Of a DNA stretch of 7,702 bases, positions 1-7,702 are shown in pieces. Positions within the stretch are counted from its first letter, which is position 1. The number at the start of each line of letters is the position of its first letter. The notes beneath the pieces are model-generated. The model did no database searches, was not told where the DNA came from, and saw only the letters and a program-made list of their open reading frames with translations. The stretch is from a virus (Duplodnaviria; Heunggongvirae; Uroviricota; Caudoviricetes): the IMG/VR virus record IMGVR_UViG_2698536535_000001, positions 1 to 7,702 of that record. One strand, 5' to 3'. The position numbers were made by a program, and so were the translations under genes.

Positions 1-318
1 GATTATCCGTGGCGATTCACCTCTCTTGCTGATACCACTCCGGTAAACGTTCTGAACGTGGCAACAACCACCGCTAATGTGTTCTGGGCTGATGACTCAA
101 TCCGTCTGCTGTCTCAGCCGATCCCGGTAACCCATGAACTGTTTGCTGGCATGAAAACGTCTTCCTTCAGCATTCCTGGTATTGGTGTTAACGGCATCTT
201 CGCAACGCAGGGTGATATCAACACTCTGTCTGGTAAGTGCCGTATTGCTGTGTGGTATTCAGCATGTGCTGTACGACCAGAGGCAATTGGTGTTGGTCTG
301 CCTAACCAGACCGCGTGA
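1..318 (+). CDS. Probable major capsid (coat) protein, C-terminal fragment; 5' end lies upstream of the window
   Basis: Frame 1 is open from position 1 to TGA at 316-318 (translation [17 protein letters not shown]...[16 protein letters not shown]). The listed ORF 58-318 is only the part after an internal GTG. Assignment rests on synteny (immediately upstream of the adaptor and tail-hub genes) and on the strong terminator that follows; I do not confidently recognise the sequence itself. Confidence 0.6.
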   Translation, partial: DYPWRFTSLADTTPVNVLNVATTTANVFWADDSIRLLSQPIPVTHELFAGMKTSSFSIPGIGVNGIFATQGDINTLSGKCRIAVWYSACAVRPEAIGVGLPNQTA

Positions 319-324
319 TAACCA

Positions 325-348
325 GAGGGAGCTTCGGCTCCCTTTTTT
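325..348 (+). terminator. Rho-independent terminator hairpin downstream of the coat gene
   Basis: Seen directly: GGGAGC (327-332), loop UUCG (333-336), GCUCCC (337-342), then a T6 tract (343-348). The closing pair gives a C(UUCG)G tetraloop. It sits 9 nt after the coat stop and before the next RBS. Confidence 0.7.
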
Positions 349-362
349 ATCTGGAGACAAGC

Positions 363-594
<232 letters not shown>

Positions 595-617
<23 letters not shown>

Positions 618-1095
618 TTTAGTCCTTGCGGCATTACGTAAGCTCGGTGTGGCATCAAATGCCACGTTAACCGATGTCGAACCGCAGTCTATGGAAGACG
701 GCGTCAACGACCTTGAAATGATGATGGCTGAATGGCTTGGAGGTGATGCGTCACCTGGTATCAACGTTGGCTACATTTTCGCTGATGCAGATGTCGCTCC
801 GGATCCTGGCGATGAGCACGGTTTGTCAAATAACGCTATCAATGCCGTCATTTTCAACCTTGCCTGCCGCATTGCTCCAGATTATGCGCTGGAAGCGTCT
901 GCAAAACTTATAACCACTGCCAGATACGGGAAAGAGCGACTCGTCAAACTGTCTGCAATGGACAGAGCAAAAGCCGCTAAATGTAAGTCCGGTTATCCAA
1001 ACCGTATGCCTGTTGGTAGCGGTAACCAGTTGGCGAAGTGGAACGGTTGGAATTACTTCCACCGAAAGGAACCTTGCGATAACGGGAGCGAATAA
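595..1095 (+). CDS. 4: Head-to-tail adaptor / tail accessory factor, P22 gp4-like (166 aa)
   Basis: ATG at 595, stop TAA at 1093-1095. The N-terminus [47 protein letters not shown] closely matches my recollection of P22 gp4, and the length matches. The listed ORF 502-1095 is this frame extended upstream to an earlier ATG. Confidence 0.9.
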
Positions 1096-2514
1096 ATGCC
1101 GATTCAGCAACTTCCGCTTATGAAAGGTGTCGGCAAAGACTTTCGAAACGCCGACTATATCGACTATCTGCCAGTGAATATGTTGGCTACACCCAAAGAA
1201 ATCCTTAACAGCAGCGGATATCTTCGCTCATTCCCGGGCATTGCCAAACGTTCTGATGTGAACGGTGTATCGCGCGGAGTCGAGTACAACATGGCGCAGA
1301 GTGCTGTTTATCGCGTGTGTGGTGGCAAGCTCTACAAAGGGGAAAGTGAAGTCGGTGACGTCGCCGGAAGTAGTCGTGTATCAATGGCGCATGGTCGGAC
1401 ATCACAGGCGGTAGGCGTTAACGGGAAACTGGTCGAGTATCGCTATGATGGCACGGTTAAAACCGTCTCAAACTGGCCTACAGACAGCGGATTCACGCAG
1501 TATGAGTTAGGCTCAGTCCGCGACATTACGCGATTACGTGGGCGTTATGCGTGGTCAAAAGACGGCACCGATTCATGGTTTATCACTGACCTTGAAGACG
1601 AATCGCATCCTGACCGCTACAGCGCACAATATCGTGCCGAGTCTCAGCCGGACGGCATCATCGGTATCGGAACATGGCGAGACTTCATCGTCTGCTTTGG
1701 TTCATCGACGATTGAATATTTCTCCCTGACAGGCGCAACTACCGTTGGTGCTGCTTTGTATGTCGCGCAGCCATCACTGATGGTGCAAAAAGGCATCGCC
1801 GGAACTTACTGCAAAACGCCGTTTGCTGATTCCTATGCTTTCATCAGCAATCCGGCAACAGGTGCGCCGTCTGTGTATATCATCGGCTCCGGGCAGGTGT
1901 CACCAATCGCCAGCGCGAGCATTGAGAAAATCCTCCGCTCCTACACTGCTGATGAACTGGCTGATGGCGTGATGGAATCGCTGCGATTTGATGCGCATGA
2001 GTTGCTGATTATCCACCTTCCGCGCCATGTTCTAGTATACGACGCATCTTCAAGTGCCAATGGTCCGCAATGGTGTGTGCTGAAAACAGGCCTGTATGAC
2101 GATGTGTACCGCGCTATCGACTTCATTTACGAAGGCAATCAGATAACGTGCGGCGATAAGCTTGAATCGATGACAGGAAAATTGCAGTTCGATATCAGCA
2201 GCCAGTACGACAAGCAACAGGAACACCTGCTGTTTACTCCGTTGTTCAAAGCGGATAACGCCAGAGTTTTCGACCTTGAAGTTGAATCGTCAACTGGAGT
2301 TGCGCAGTACGCCGACCGCCTGTTCCTCTCTGCAACCACTGACGGCATAAATTATGGTCGTGAGCAGATGATTGAGCAGAATGAACCGTTCGTTTACGAC
2401 AAACGCGTTTTGTGGAAGCGAGTTGGGCGCATCAGGAAAAACATTGGCTTCAAATTGCGCGTTATCACGAAGTCACCTGTCACTCTGTCTGGTGCTCAGA
2501 TAAGGATTGAGTAA
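1096..2514 (+). CDS. 10: Tail hub protein, P22 gp10-like (472 aa)
   Basis: ATG at 1096 directly after the gp4-like stop, with GGGAG at 1084-1088. Length 472 aa equals P22 gp10; N-terminus [16 protein letters not shown] and C-terminus ...[14 protein letters not shown] match recalled gp10; position between adaptor and needle genes. Confidence 0.92.
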   Translation: MPIQQLPLMKGVGKDFRNADYIDYLPVNMLATPKEILNSSGYLRSFPGIAKRSDVNGVSRGVEYNMAQSAVYRVCGGKLYKGESEVGDVAGSSRVSMAHGRTSQAVGVNGKLVEYRYDGTVKTVSNWPTDSGFTQYELGSVRDITRLRGRYAWSKDGTDSWFITDLEDESHPDRYSAQYRAESQPDGIIGIGTWRDFIVCFGSSTIEYFSLTGATTVGAALYVAQPSLMVQKGIAGTYCKTPFADSYAFISNPATGAPSVYIIGSGQVSPIASASIEKILRSYTADELADGVMESLRFDAHELLIIHLPRHVLVYDASSSANGPQWCVLKTGLYDDVYRAIDFIYEGNQITCGDKLESMTGKLQFDISSQYDKQQEHLLFTPLFKADNARVFDLEVESSTGVAQYADRLFLSATTDGINYGREQMIEQNEPFVYDKRVLWKRVGRIRKNIGFKLRVITKSPVTLSGAQIRIE

Positions 2515-3362
2515 TGGCGGATTCTAATCTCAATGTGCCGGTAATCATTCAGGCTACACGGCTCGACACATCAGTCCTTCCACGCAATATCTTCTCGCAG
2601 TCGTATCTGCTTTACGTTATCGCACAGGGCACTGATGTTGGTAACGTGGCTAACAAGGCCAACGAGGCCGGACAGGGCGCTTATGATGCACAGGTCAGGA
2701 ACGATGAGCAGGATGTGATTCTCGCTGACCATGAGCAGCGAATTTCTGCTGCGGAAGCAACGCTTGTTAATCATGAGGAGCGAATCAGCCAGGCAGAATC
2801 AACTCTTCAGGAACATGAAACACGAATAGCTCAGAATGAAAGCGATATTGCGTCGCTTGATACCAGAGTTCAGTCGCTGGAATCGCAGGTTTCAGACCAT
2901 GAAACGCGCATCGATGCTCTGGAGTATGCCACTACTCGCAAGAAGTCAGAGGTTGTTTACTCTGGCGTATCTGTAACCATCCCGACAGCGCCGACAAACC
3001 TTGTTAGCCTGCTGAAAACGCTCACGCCGTCATCCGGCACGTTGGCACCATTCTTCGACACCGTTAACAACAAGATGGTTGTGTTCAACGAGAACAAAAC
3101 CTTGTTCTTCAAGCTGTCGATTGTCGGGACGTGGCCCAGTGGAACCGCCAACAGGTCAATGCAACTAACATTTTCCGGTTCTGTTCCTGACACACTGGTA
3201 AGCAGTCGCAACTCGGCGACAACGACCGATAACATCCTGTTAGCTACGTTTTTCAGCGTGGATAAAGACGGCTTTCTTGCCACAAATGGCAGTACGTTAA
3301 CCATCCAGTCAAATGGTGCGGCGTTTATTGCCACAACCATCAAGATAATCGCGGAGCAGTGA
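2514..3362 (+). CDS. 26: Tail needle (cell-envelope-penetrating plug), P22 gp26 family, 282 aa, with a C-terminal knob-type domain
   Basis: ATG at 2514 overlaps the gp10-like stop (TAATG); AGGA at 2503-2506. The N-terminal ~70 aa ([18 protein letters not shown]...[13 protein letters not shown]...[11 protein letters not shown]) match the recalled gp26 hub-binding domain. A coiled-coil repeat region follows, then a ~135 aa C-terminal domain where I recall P22 gp26 being shorter (233 aa) with a different tip; the 282 aa length matches what I recall for the Sf6-type needle. Confidence 0.88.
   Translation: MADSNLNVPVIIQATRLDTSVLPRNIFSQSYLLYVIAQGTDVGNVANKANEAGQGAYDAQVRNDEQDVILADHEQRISAAEATLVNHEERISQAESTLQEHETRIAQNESDIASLDTRVQSLESQVSDHETRIDALEYATTRKKSEVVYSGVSVTIPTAPTNLVSLLKTLTPSSGTLAPFFDTVNNKMVVFNENKTLFFKLSIVGTWPSGTANRSMQLTFSGSVPDTLVSSRNSATTTDNILLATFFSVDKDGFLATNGSTLTIQSNGAAFIATTIKIIAEQ
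2727..2936 (+). repeat. Five imperfect tandem 42-nt (14-codon, two-heptad) repeats encoding the needle coiled coil
   Basis: Protein units [14 protein letters not shown] / [14 protein letters not shown] / [14 protein letters not shown] / [14 protein letters not shown] / [14 protein letters not shown]. The DNA periodicity is imperfect; the conserved core catgag-agcgaat recurs. Confidence 0.6.
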
Positions 3363-3817
3363 TGATTCAGTTCAAACCAACGCGAAACATCGACCTGATC
3401 GAAGCAGTCGGAAATCACCCTGACATTATTGCCGGGAGCAACAACGGTGATGGATACGACTACAAACCTGATTGCCGTTACTTTGAGGTGAACGTGCACG
3501 GACAGTTCGGCGGCATTGTTTACTATCAGGAGATTCAGCCGCTAACCTTTGATTGCCACGCCATGTACCTGCCAGAGATTCGCGGCTTCAGCAAGGAAAT
3601 CGGTCTGGCGTTCTGGCGATACATTCTGACTAACACCACCGTTCATTGCGTCACATCGTTCGCTGCACGCAAATTCCGCCACGGGCAGATGTACTGCGCA
3701 ATGATTGGCCTTAAGCGTGTAGGAACTATCAAGAAATACTTCAAAGGCGTGGATGACGTGACGTTTTACAGCGCCACACGTGAAGAACTAATCGACTTCC
3801 TGAATAACGGGAGATAG
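3362..3817 (+). CDS. P22 gp14-like small protein (about 151 aa), function poorly defined
   Basis: ATG at 3362 overlaps the needle stop (TGATG); GGAG at 3353-3356. An in-frame GTG at 3359 is an alternative start. Stop TAG at 3815-3817. Assigned by synteny only (between needle and gp7-like genes); I do not recognise the sequence. Confidence 0.7.
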   Translation: MIQFKPTRNIDLIEAVGNHPDIIAGSNNGDGYDYKPDCRYFEVNVHGQFGGIVYYQEIQPLTFDCHAMYLPEIRGFSKEIGLAFWRYILTNTTVHCVTSFAARKFRHGQMYCAMIGLKRVGTIKKYFKGVDDVTFYSATREELIDFLNNGR

Positions 3818-3819
3818 CC

Positions 3820-4512
3820 ATGTTATATGCATTTAAGCTGGGCAGAAAACTGCGCGGCGAGGAACCTTATTGCCCTGAAAAAGGCGGGAAAGGTGGTAGC
3901 TCTGATAAAAGCGCAAAGTATGCCGCAGAAGCTCAGAAGTATGCAGCAGACCTGCAAAATCAGCAGTGGCAGACGATCATGAAAAACCTTGCTCCGTTCA
4001 CGCCTCTTGCGGAGCAGTATGTTAACCAGCTTCAGAACCTTTCCAGTTTAGAAGGTCAGGGGCAGGCACTTAATCAGTATTACAACTCTCAGCAGTATAA
4101 AGACCTTGCAGGTCAGGCTCGTTACCAGAGTCTTGCTGCTGCGGAGGCTACGGGAGGACTTGGTTCGACAGCCACAAGCAATCAACTGGCTACGATCGCG
4201 CCGACTCTCGGTCAGTCTTGGTTATCAAACCAGATGAGCAATTACAACAATCTGGCAAACGTTGGGCTTGGTGCTCTGCAAGGTCAGGCAAACGCCGGGC
4301 AGACGTACGCCAACAACATGAGCAGCATTGCACAGCAAAGCGCAGCTCTTGCCGCTGCTAATGCCAACAAACCATCAAGTCTTCAGACAGCAATTAGTGG
4401 CGGAACGTCTGGTGCGATTGCCGGTGCAGGTCTTGCCAGCCTTTTGGGAACATCAACACCTTGGGGCGCTGGCATTGGTGCTGGTATCGGATTGCTTGGC
4501 TCGTTGTTTTAA
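3820..4512 (+). CDS. 7: Ejection (injection) protein, P22 gp7-like (230 aa)
   Basis: ATG at 3820 with GGGAG at 3808-3812. Length is close to P22 gp7 (229 aa as I recall). Basic N-terminal leader, Q/N/A-rich middle, Gly/Ala-rich hydrophobic C-terminus. Position matches the 14-7-20-16 order. Confidence 0.82.
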   Translation: MLYAFKLGRKLRGEEPYCPEKGGKGGSSDKSAKYAAEAQKYAADLQNQQWQTIMKNLAPFTPLAEQYVNQLQNLSSLEGQGQALNQYYNSQQYKDLAGQARYQSLAAAEATGGLGSTATSNQLATIAPTLGQSWLSNQMSNYNNLANVGLGALQGQANAGQTYANNMSSIAQQSAALAAANANKPSSLQTAISGGTSGAIAGAGLASLLGTSTPWGAGIGAGIGLLGSLF

Positions 4513-4521
4513 GGGGTAATC

Positions 4522-5817
4522 ATGGCTACTTGGCAAGGATCAAATGGCGGATTGTTAGCTGGTATCGGCGGCGTCAACTCAAACGCTCCGAGCGTAAATG
4601 ACATCGGCAATACGCTTCAGTTTATCAGGCAGAACAATGATATTGAGCGTTCAGGCGCTAACAATGTTGGGCTGACTGCTTTGCAAGGCCTTTCAGGTAT
4701 TGCGGGGGTGTTTCAGCAGGAAAAGCAGGCTCAGCGGCAGAAAGAATTTCAGCAGGCATACGCTAATGCTTATGCGTCTGGTGATCGCGGTGCTTTGCGT
4801 CAGTTGGCTACTCAATATCCAGACCAGATTGAATCCGTTCGTAAAGGCATGGGATTCATTGATGAAGAGCAGCGTAATTCTATCGGCACCTTAGCGGCTG
4901 GCGCACGCCTTGCATCATCGTCTCCAGAAGCAATGCAATCATGGCTGCAAAACAACGCCAAGGAACTGACTCGCGTCGGTGTTGACCCTAATAACGTTGC
5001 TCAGATGTATCAGCAGAACCCTTCAGGATTTGGTGAGTTTGTTGATCACCTTGGGATGGCTGCTCTCGGTCCGATTGACTACTTCAATGTTCAGGACAAG
5101 ATGGCTGGTCGTGAGATTGACCGAGGCAGACTGGCAGAGACAATCCGCAGCAATCAGGCAGGAGAAGCTCTAACAGCTCGAGGTCAGGACATCCAGATAC
5201 GTGGACAGAACATCAGCGCACAGAATGCTGCTCTTTCCCGTGAAATACAAAGAGCAGAATTACAAGAAAAGGCTCTGGACAGACAGATAGCCAGAGAAAG
5301 CAATCAGTTAAAACTTGAAGAGCTAAAACAGAAACAGGCAGATGTTCGGCAAAAGGCTGACATAGCACGCGCTGACAGGCAGGCCGCCGCTCAGGGTGCA
5401 GTTGATACGTTCAGCACCGCGCTTGATTCTCTCAACGAGATAGAGCAAAGCCCCGGCCTTTCAAAAGCAGTAGGAATTCGCTCCGCGTTTCCGACAGTTC
5501 CTGGTTCTGATGCGGCTAACTTTGAAGCAAGGCTCGACACCTTTAAAGCTCAAACATTCCTTCCTATGGTGCAGTCCCTGAAGGGTATGGGCGCTCTTTC
5601 AGATGCTGAGGGTAAAAAACTATCCGATGCGGTTGGTGCCCTAAGTCCCAAAATGAGTGAAAAGGCTTTTCGTGACTCTATCGGAAAGATTAGAAATCAG
5701 CTTGAAAGCAAGTTGAGCACTGTTAAAAAACAGTTTGATTATCAGGAGCCGGTGCAGAATATGCCAGGGCAACAATCTACTACTGGCAGTAACTTTTCTT
5801 CACTATGGGGTGATTAA
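4522..5817 (+). CDS. 20: Ejection protein, P22 gp20-like (431 aa)
   Basis: ATG at 4522 with AAGGGG at 4511-4516. Glycine-rich N-terminus, central charged coiled-coil-like segment; lies between the gp7-like and gp16-like genes. Confidence 0.82.
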   Translation: MATWQGSNGGLLAGIGGVNSNAPSVNDIGNTLQFIRQNNDIERSGANNVGLTALQGLSGIAGVFQQEKQAQRQKEFQQAYANAYASGDRGALRQLATQYPDQIESVRKGMGFIDEEQRNSIGTLAAGARLASSSPEAMQSWLQNNAKELTRVGVDPNNVAQMYQQNPSGFGEFVDHLGMAALGPIDYFNVQDKMAGREIDRGRLAETIRSNQAGEALTARGQDIQIRGQNISAQNAALSREIQRAELQEKALDRQIARESNQLKLEELKQKQADVRQKADIARADRQAAAQGAVDTFSTALDSLNEIEQSPGLSKAVGIRSAFPTVPGSDAANFEARLDTFKAQTFLPMVQSLKGMGALSDAEGKKLSDAVGALSPKMSEKAFRDSIGKIRNQLESKLSTVKKQFDYQEPVQNMPGQQSTTGSNFSSLWGD

Positions 5818-7702
5818 TGGCTAAAGCATGGAAAGATGTTATCGCCTCTCCACAGTATCAGGCGTTAGCACCAGAACAAAAAGCGCAGGCTCAGGAGCAA
5901 TACTTCAATGAAGTCGTGGCCCCGCAAGCCGGAGAAAATGCAGAGCAGGCTAAGCAAGCTTTCTATGCTGCCTATCCATTGCCATCTGTGCAGCAAGTGG
6001 AGACACAGCAACCAGTAGCACAGCAACAACCACAGCAAAGTGGATTTATGTCTGATCTTGGCGAAGCAGTAAAAGAGACTGGTCGCGGACTGGTGCAGGC
6101 TGGCGTGAACGTGGCAAACATACCTGCATCAGTTGCAGATGCTGTAACAAGCGCGGCGGCTTGGGCTGGCGGTAAACTCGGAATTGGCGATGGGACATAT
6201 CACCCTGCGCCACGAGTAACAACGCAGGGATTAGAGCAGGACTTTGGCCTTCAGCAAGGCGCGCTGACTCCACAAACTACAGAGGGAAGGGTATTTGCTG
6301 AGGCATTGCCTTACCTCACTCCTGCTGGCATTGAGAGAGCGGCAACACAGGCACCAACACTCGCTGGTAGAATCGCTCAGGGTGCAACTCGCCTTCTCGC
6401 TGAAAACGCAGTCGGGTCACTTGCTGCAAATAGTGCGAAAGATGATGCGGAAGCACTCGCTACCGATTTAGGCGTTGGCGTTCTGGCTGGCGGCGCTATT
6501 AACGCTGCCGGACGTGGATTAGGCGCTGCTTATCGTGGCGTTCGTGGTGCTATTGCACCAGAAGCGCAGCAAGCTATCAGATTTGCAGAGCGTGAAGGAG
6601 TGCCTCTGCACACCACAGACCTGTTACAGCCTACTTCCCGCGTCGGAAAAATGGCGCAAACGACAGCAGAAAATATCCCCCTGGCTGGCACAAGCGGAAT
6701 GAGAGCAACGCAACAGGAAGCGAGAAGCCAGTTGGTTCAGAGATTTGCTGATAAATTCGGTGAGTATGATCCAGCGGTTGTTATTGACAGCCTTAAAGCG
6801 AAAACATCAGGAATTCGTCGCGCTGCAGGAAATCGACTGGAGCAGGTTCAGAATGCTATGGCGGGAATAAACATTCAGCCTGCAAGAGCAATTCAGCAGA
6901 TTGATACAGAAATATCTAACCTGCAGAAGCTTGGTAAGGTTGCTGATAACGAGACTATTTCAAAACTTCAGTCCTATCGTGATGAGCTTGTTCGCAATGC
7001 TGGTCCTGATGGTCCGGTAAATCTGGATTTGAAGCAATTAAGCGATCTGCGCAGCCAGTTCAGAATGGACGTGAAGGGGGAGCGACCAGTGTTACCAAAC
7101 CGTTCCGATGCTGCCATTCAGCGCGTTTACAAGGCAATGACCGACGATATCAATGGTGCCATTGGTCAGAATCTTGGCAACGATACTCTCCGTAAATATC
7201 AGCAGGCCAATGCCGTCTACGCTGACGAAGCGGCGAAACTAAAGAATACCAGGCTGAAGAATGTTCTCATGAAAGGCGACCTGACGCCGGAAGTTGTCAA
7301 CAACATGCTATTCAGCAAGAACAAATCGGAAATTAAGACTCTCTATAACTCAGTTGGTCGTGTTGGCAGGGCGCAAATGCGCAATGGCATCATTGGAAAG
7401 GCGATGGAGAAATCAGGTGGTTCCCCTGACCAGTTCCTTCGGCAGCTTAACATCCTGCAAAACCAGACTGGCATCACATTTAAAGGTCAGGAAGCCGCTT
7501 ATCTGAAAGGATTGAAAAACTACCTGCAATCCACGCAGCAGGCTGCAAAAGCGGCAGTAACAACACCCACAGGGCAGCAAACTATCCCGTTCATTATTGG
7601 GTATGGGACGGCAATGAACCCGGCGACAACTGGCGCAGCAGTAAGCTACGGACTTCTTACTCGCGCCTATGAGAGCGAGCCATTGAACCGCCCCGGGTTT
7701 CC
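5817..7702 (+). CDS. 16: Ejection protein, P22 gp16-like; 3' partial, continues beyond the window
   Basis: ATG at 5817 overlaps the gp20-like stop (TAATG). The frame stays open to the window end (at least 628 codons), which is why it is absent from the closed-ORF track. N-terminus MAKAWKDVIASPQYQALAPEQKAQAQEQYF matches recalled gp16. Confidence 0.85.
   Translation, partial: MAKAWKDVIASPQYQALAPEQKAQAQEQYFNEVVAPQAGENAEQAKQAFYAAYPLPSVQQVETQQPVAQQQPQQSGFMSDLGEAVKETGRGLVQAGVNVANIPASVADAVTSAAAWAGGKLGIGDGTYHPAPRVTTQGLEQDFGLQQGALTPQTTEGRVFAEALPYLTPAGIERAATQAPTLAGRIAQGATRLLAENAVGSLAANSAKDDAEALATDLGVGVLAGGAINAAGRGLGAAYRGVRGAIAPEAQQAIRFAEREGVPLHTTDLLQPTSRVGKMAQTTAENIPLAGTSGMRATQQEARSQLVQRFADKFGEYDPAVVIDSLKAKTSGIRRAAGNRLEQVQNAMAGINIQPARAIQQIDTEISNLQKLGKVADNETISKLQSYRDELVRNAGPDGPVNLDLKQLSDLRSQFRMDVKGERPVLPNRSDAAIQRVYKAMTDDINGAIGQNLGNDTLRKYQQANAVYADEAAKLKNTRLKNVLMKGDLTPEVVNNMLFSKNKSEIKTLYNSVGRVGRAQMRNGIIGKAMEKSGGSPDQFLRQLNILQNQTGITFKGQEAAYLKGLKNYLQSTQQAAKAAVTTPTGQQTIPFIIGYGTAMNPATTGAAVSYGLLTRAYESEPLNRPGF

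Noticed and set aside
319-362. Sigma-70 promoter in the coat-to-small-ORF intergenic region
   Set aside because: I could not find a convincing -35/-10 pair; the region is taken up by the terminator hairpin and the RBS. Late genes of this phage type are normally read from a single upstream late promoter.
3359-3361. GTG at 3359 as the gp14-like start codon (as in the ORF track)
   Set aside because: GGAG at 3353-3356 would be only 2 nt upstream; the ATG at 3362 has better spacing. Kept as an alternative, not excluded.
2957-3499. 180 aa ORF on the minus strand
   Set aside because: It is fully antisense to the tail-needle and gp14-like genes, whose + strand frames have recognisable domains. Its translation is Val-rich and low-complexity as expected for an antisense artefact, and I see no RBS.
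4328-4519. 63 aa ORF in an alternative + frame within the gp7-like gene
   Set aside because: Embedded out of frame in a well-supported gene, with no RBS; typical alternate-frame noise in a GC-moderate coding region.
4700-5173. Two 64 aa + strand ORFs (4700-4894 and 4979-5173) inside the gp20-like gene
   Set aside because: Out of frame within a continuous 431-codon ORF; no start signals.
6046-6273. 75 aa minus-strand ORF
   Set aside because: Antisense within the gp16-like gene; Leu/Arg/Gln-rich translation typical of a reverse-complement artefact.

Overview
The whole window reads as one tightly packed, + strand segment of the late (virion structural) operon of a P22-like podovirus, either a phage or a prophage of an enterobacterial host. 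Gene order and protein sequences follow the P22 scheme 5-4-10-26-14-7-20-16: the 3' end of a probable coat gene, a strong intrinsic terminator hairpin, a small unassigned ORF carrying a (GAGCCA)6 / (Glu-Pro)6 repeat, then gp4-like adaptor, gp10-like tail hub, gp26-like tail needle (282 aa, with a long C-terminal domain where P22 gp26 is, as I recall, 233 aa), a gp14-like small protein, and the ejection proteins gp7, gp20 and gp16 (the last runs off the 3' edge). I see no rRNA, tRNA, CRISPR array, integrase, transposase or defence-type gene. I do not find support for an undescribed multi-gene system here; the least explained elements are the small repeat-containing ORF at 363-617 and the gp14-like ORF. 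All homology statements come from reading the translations against remembered family sequences, not from a database search, and need BLAST/HHpred confirmation.
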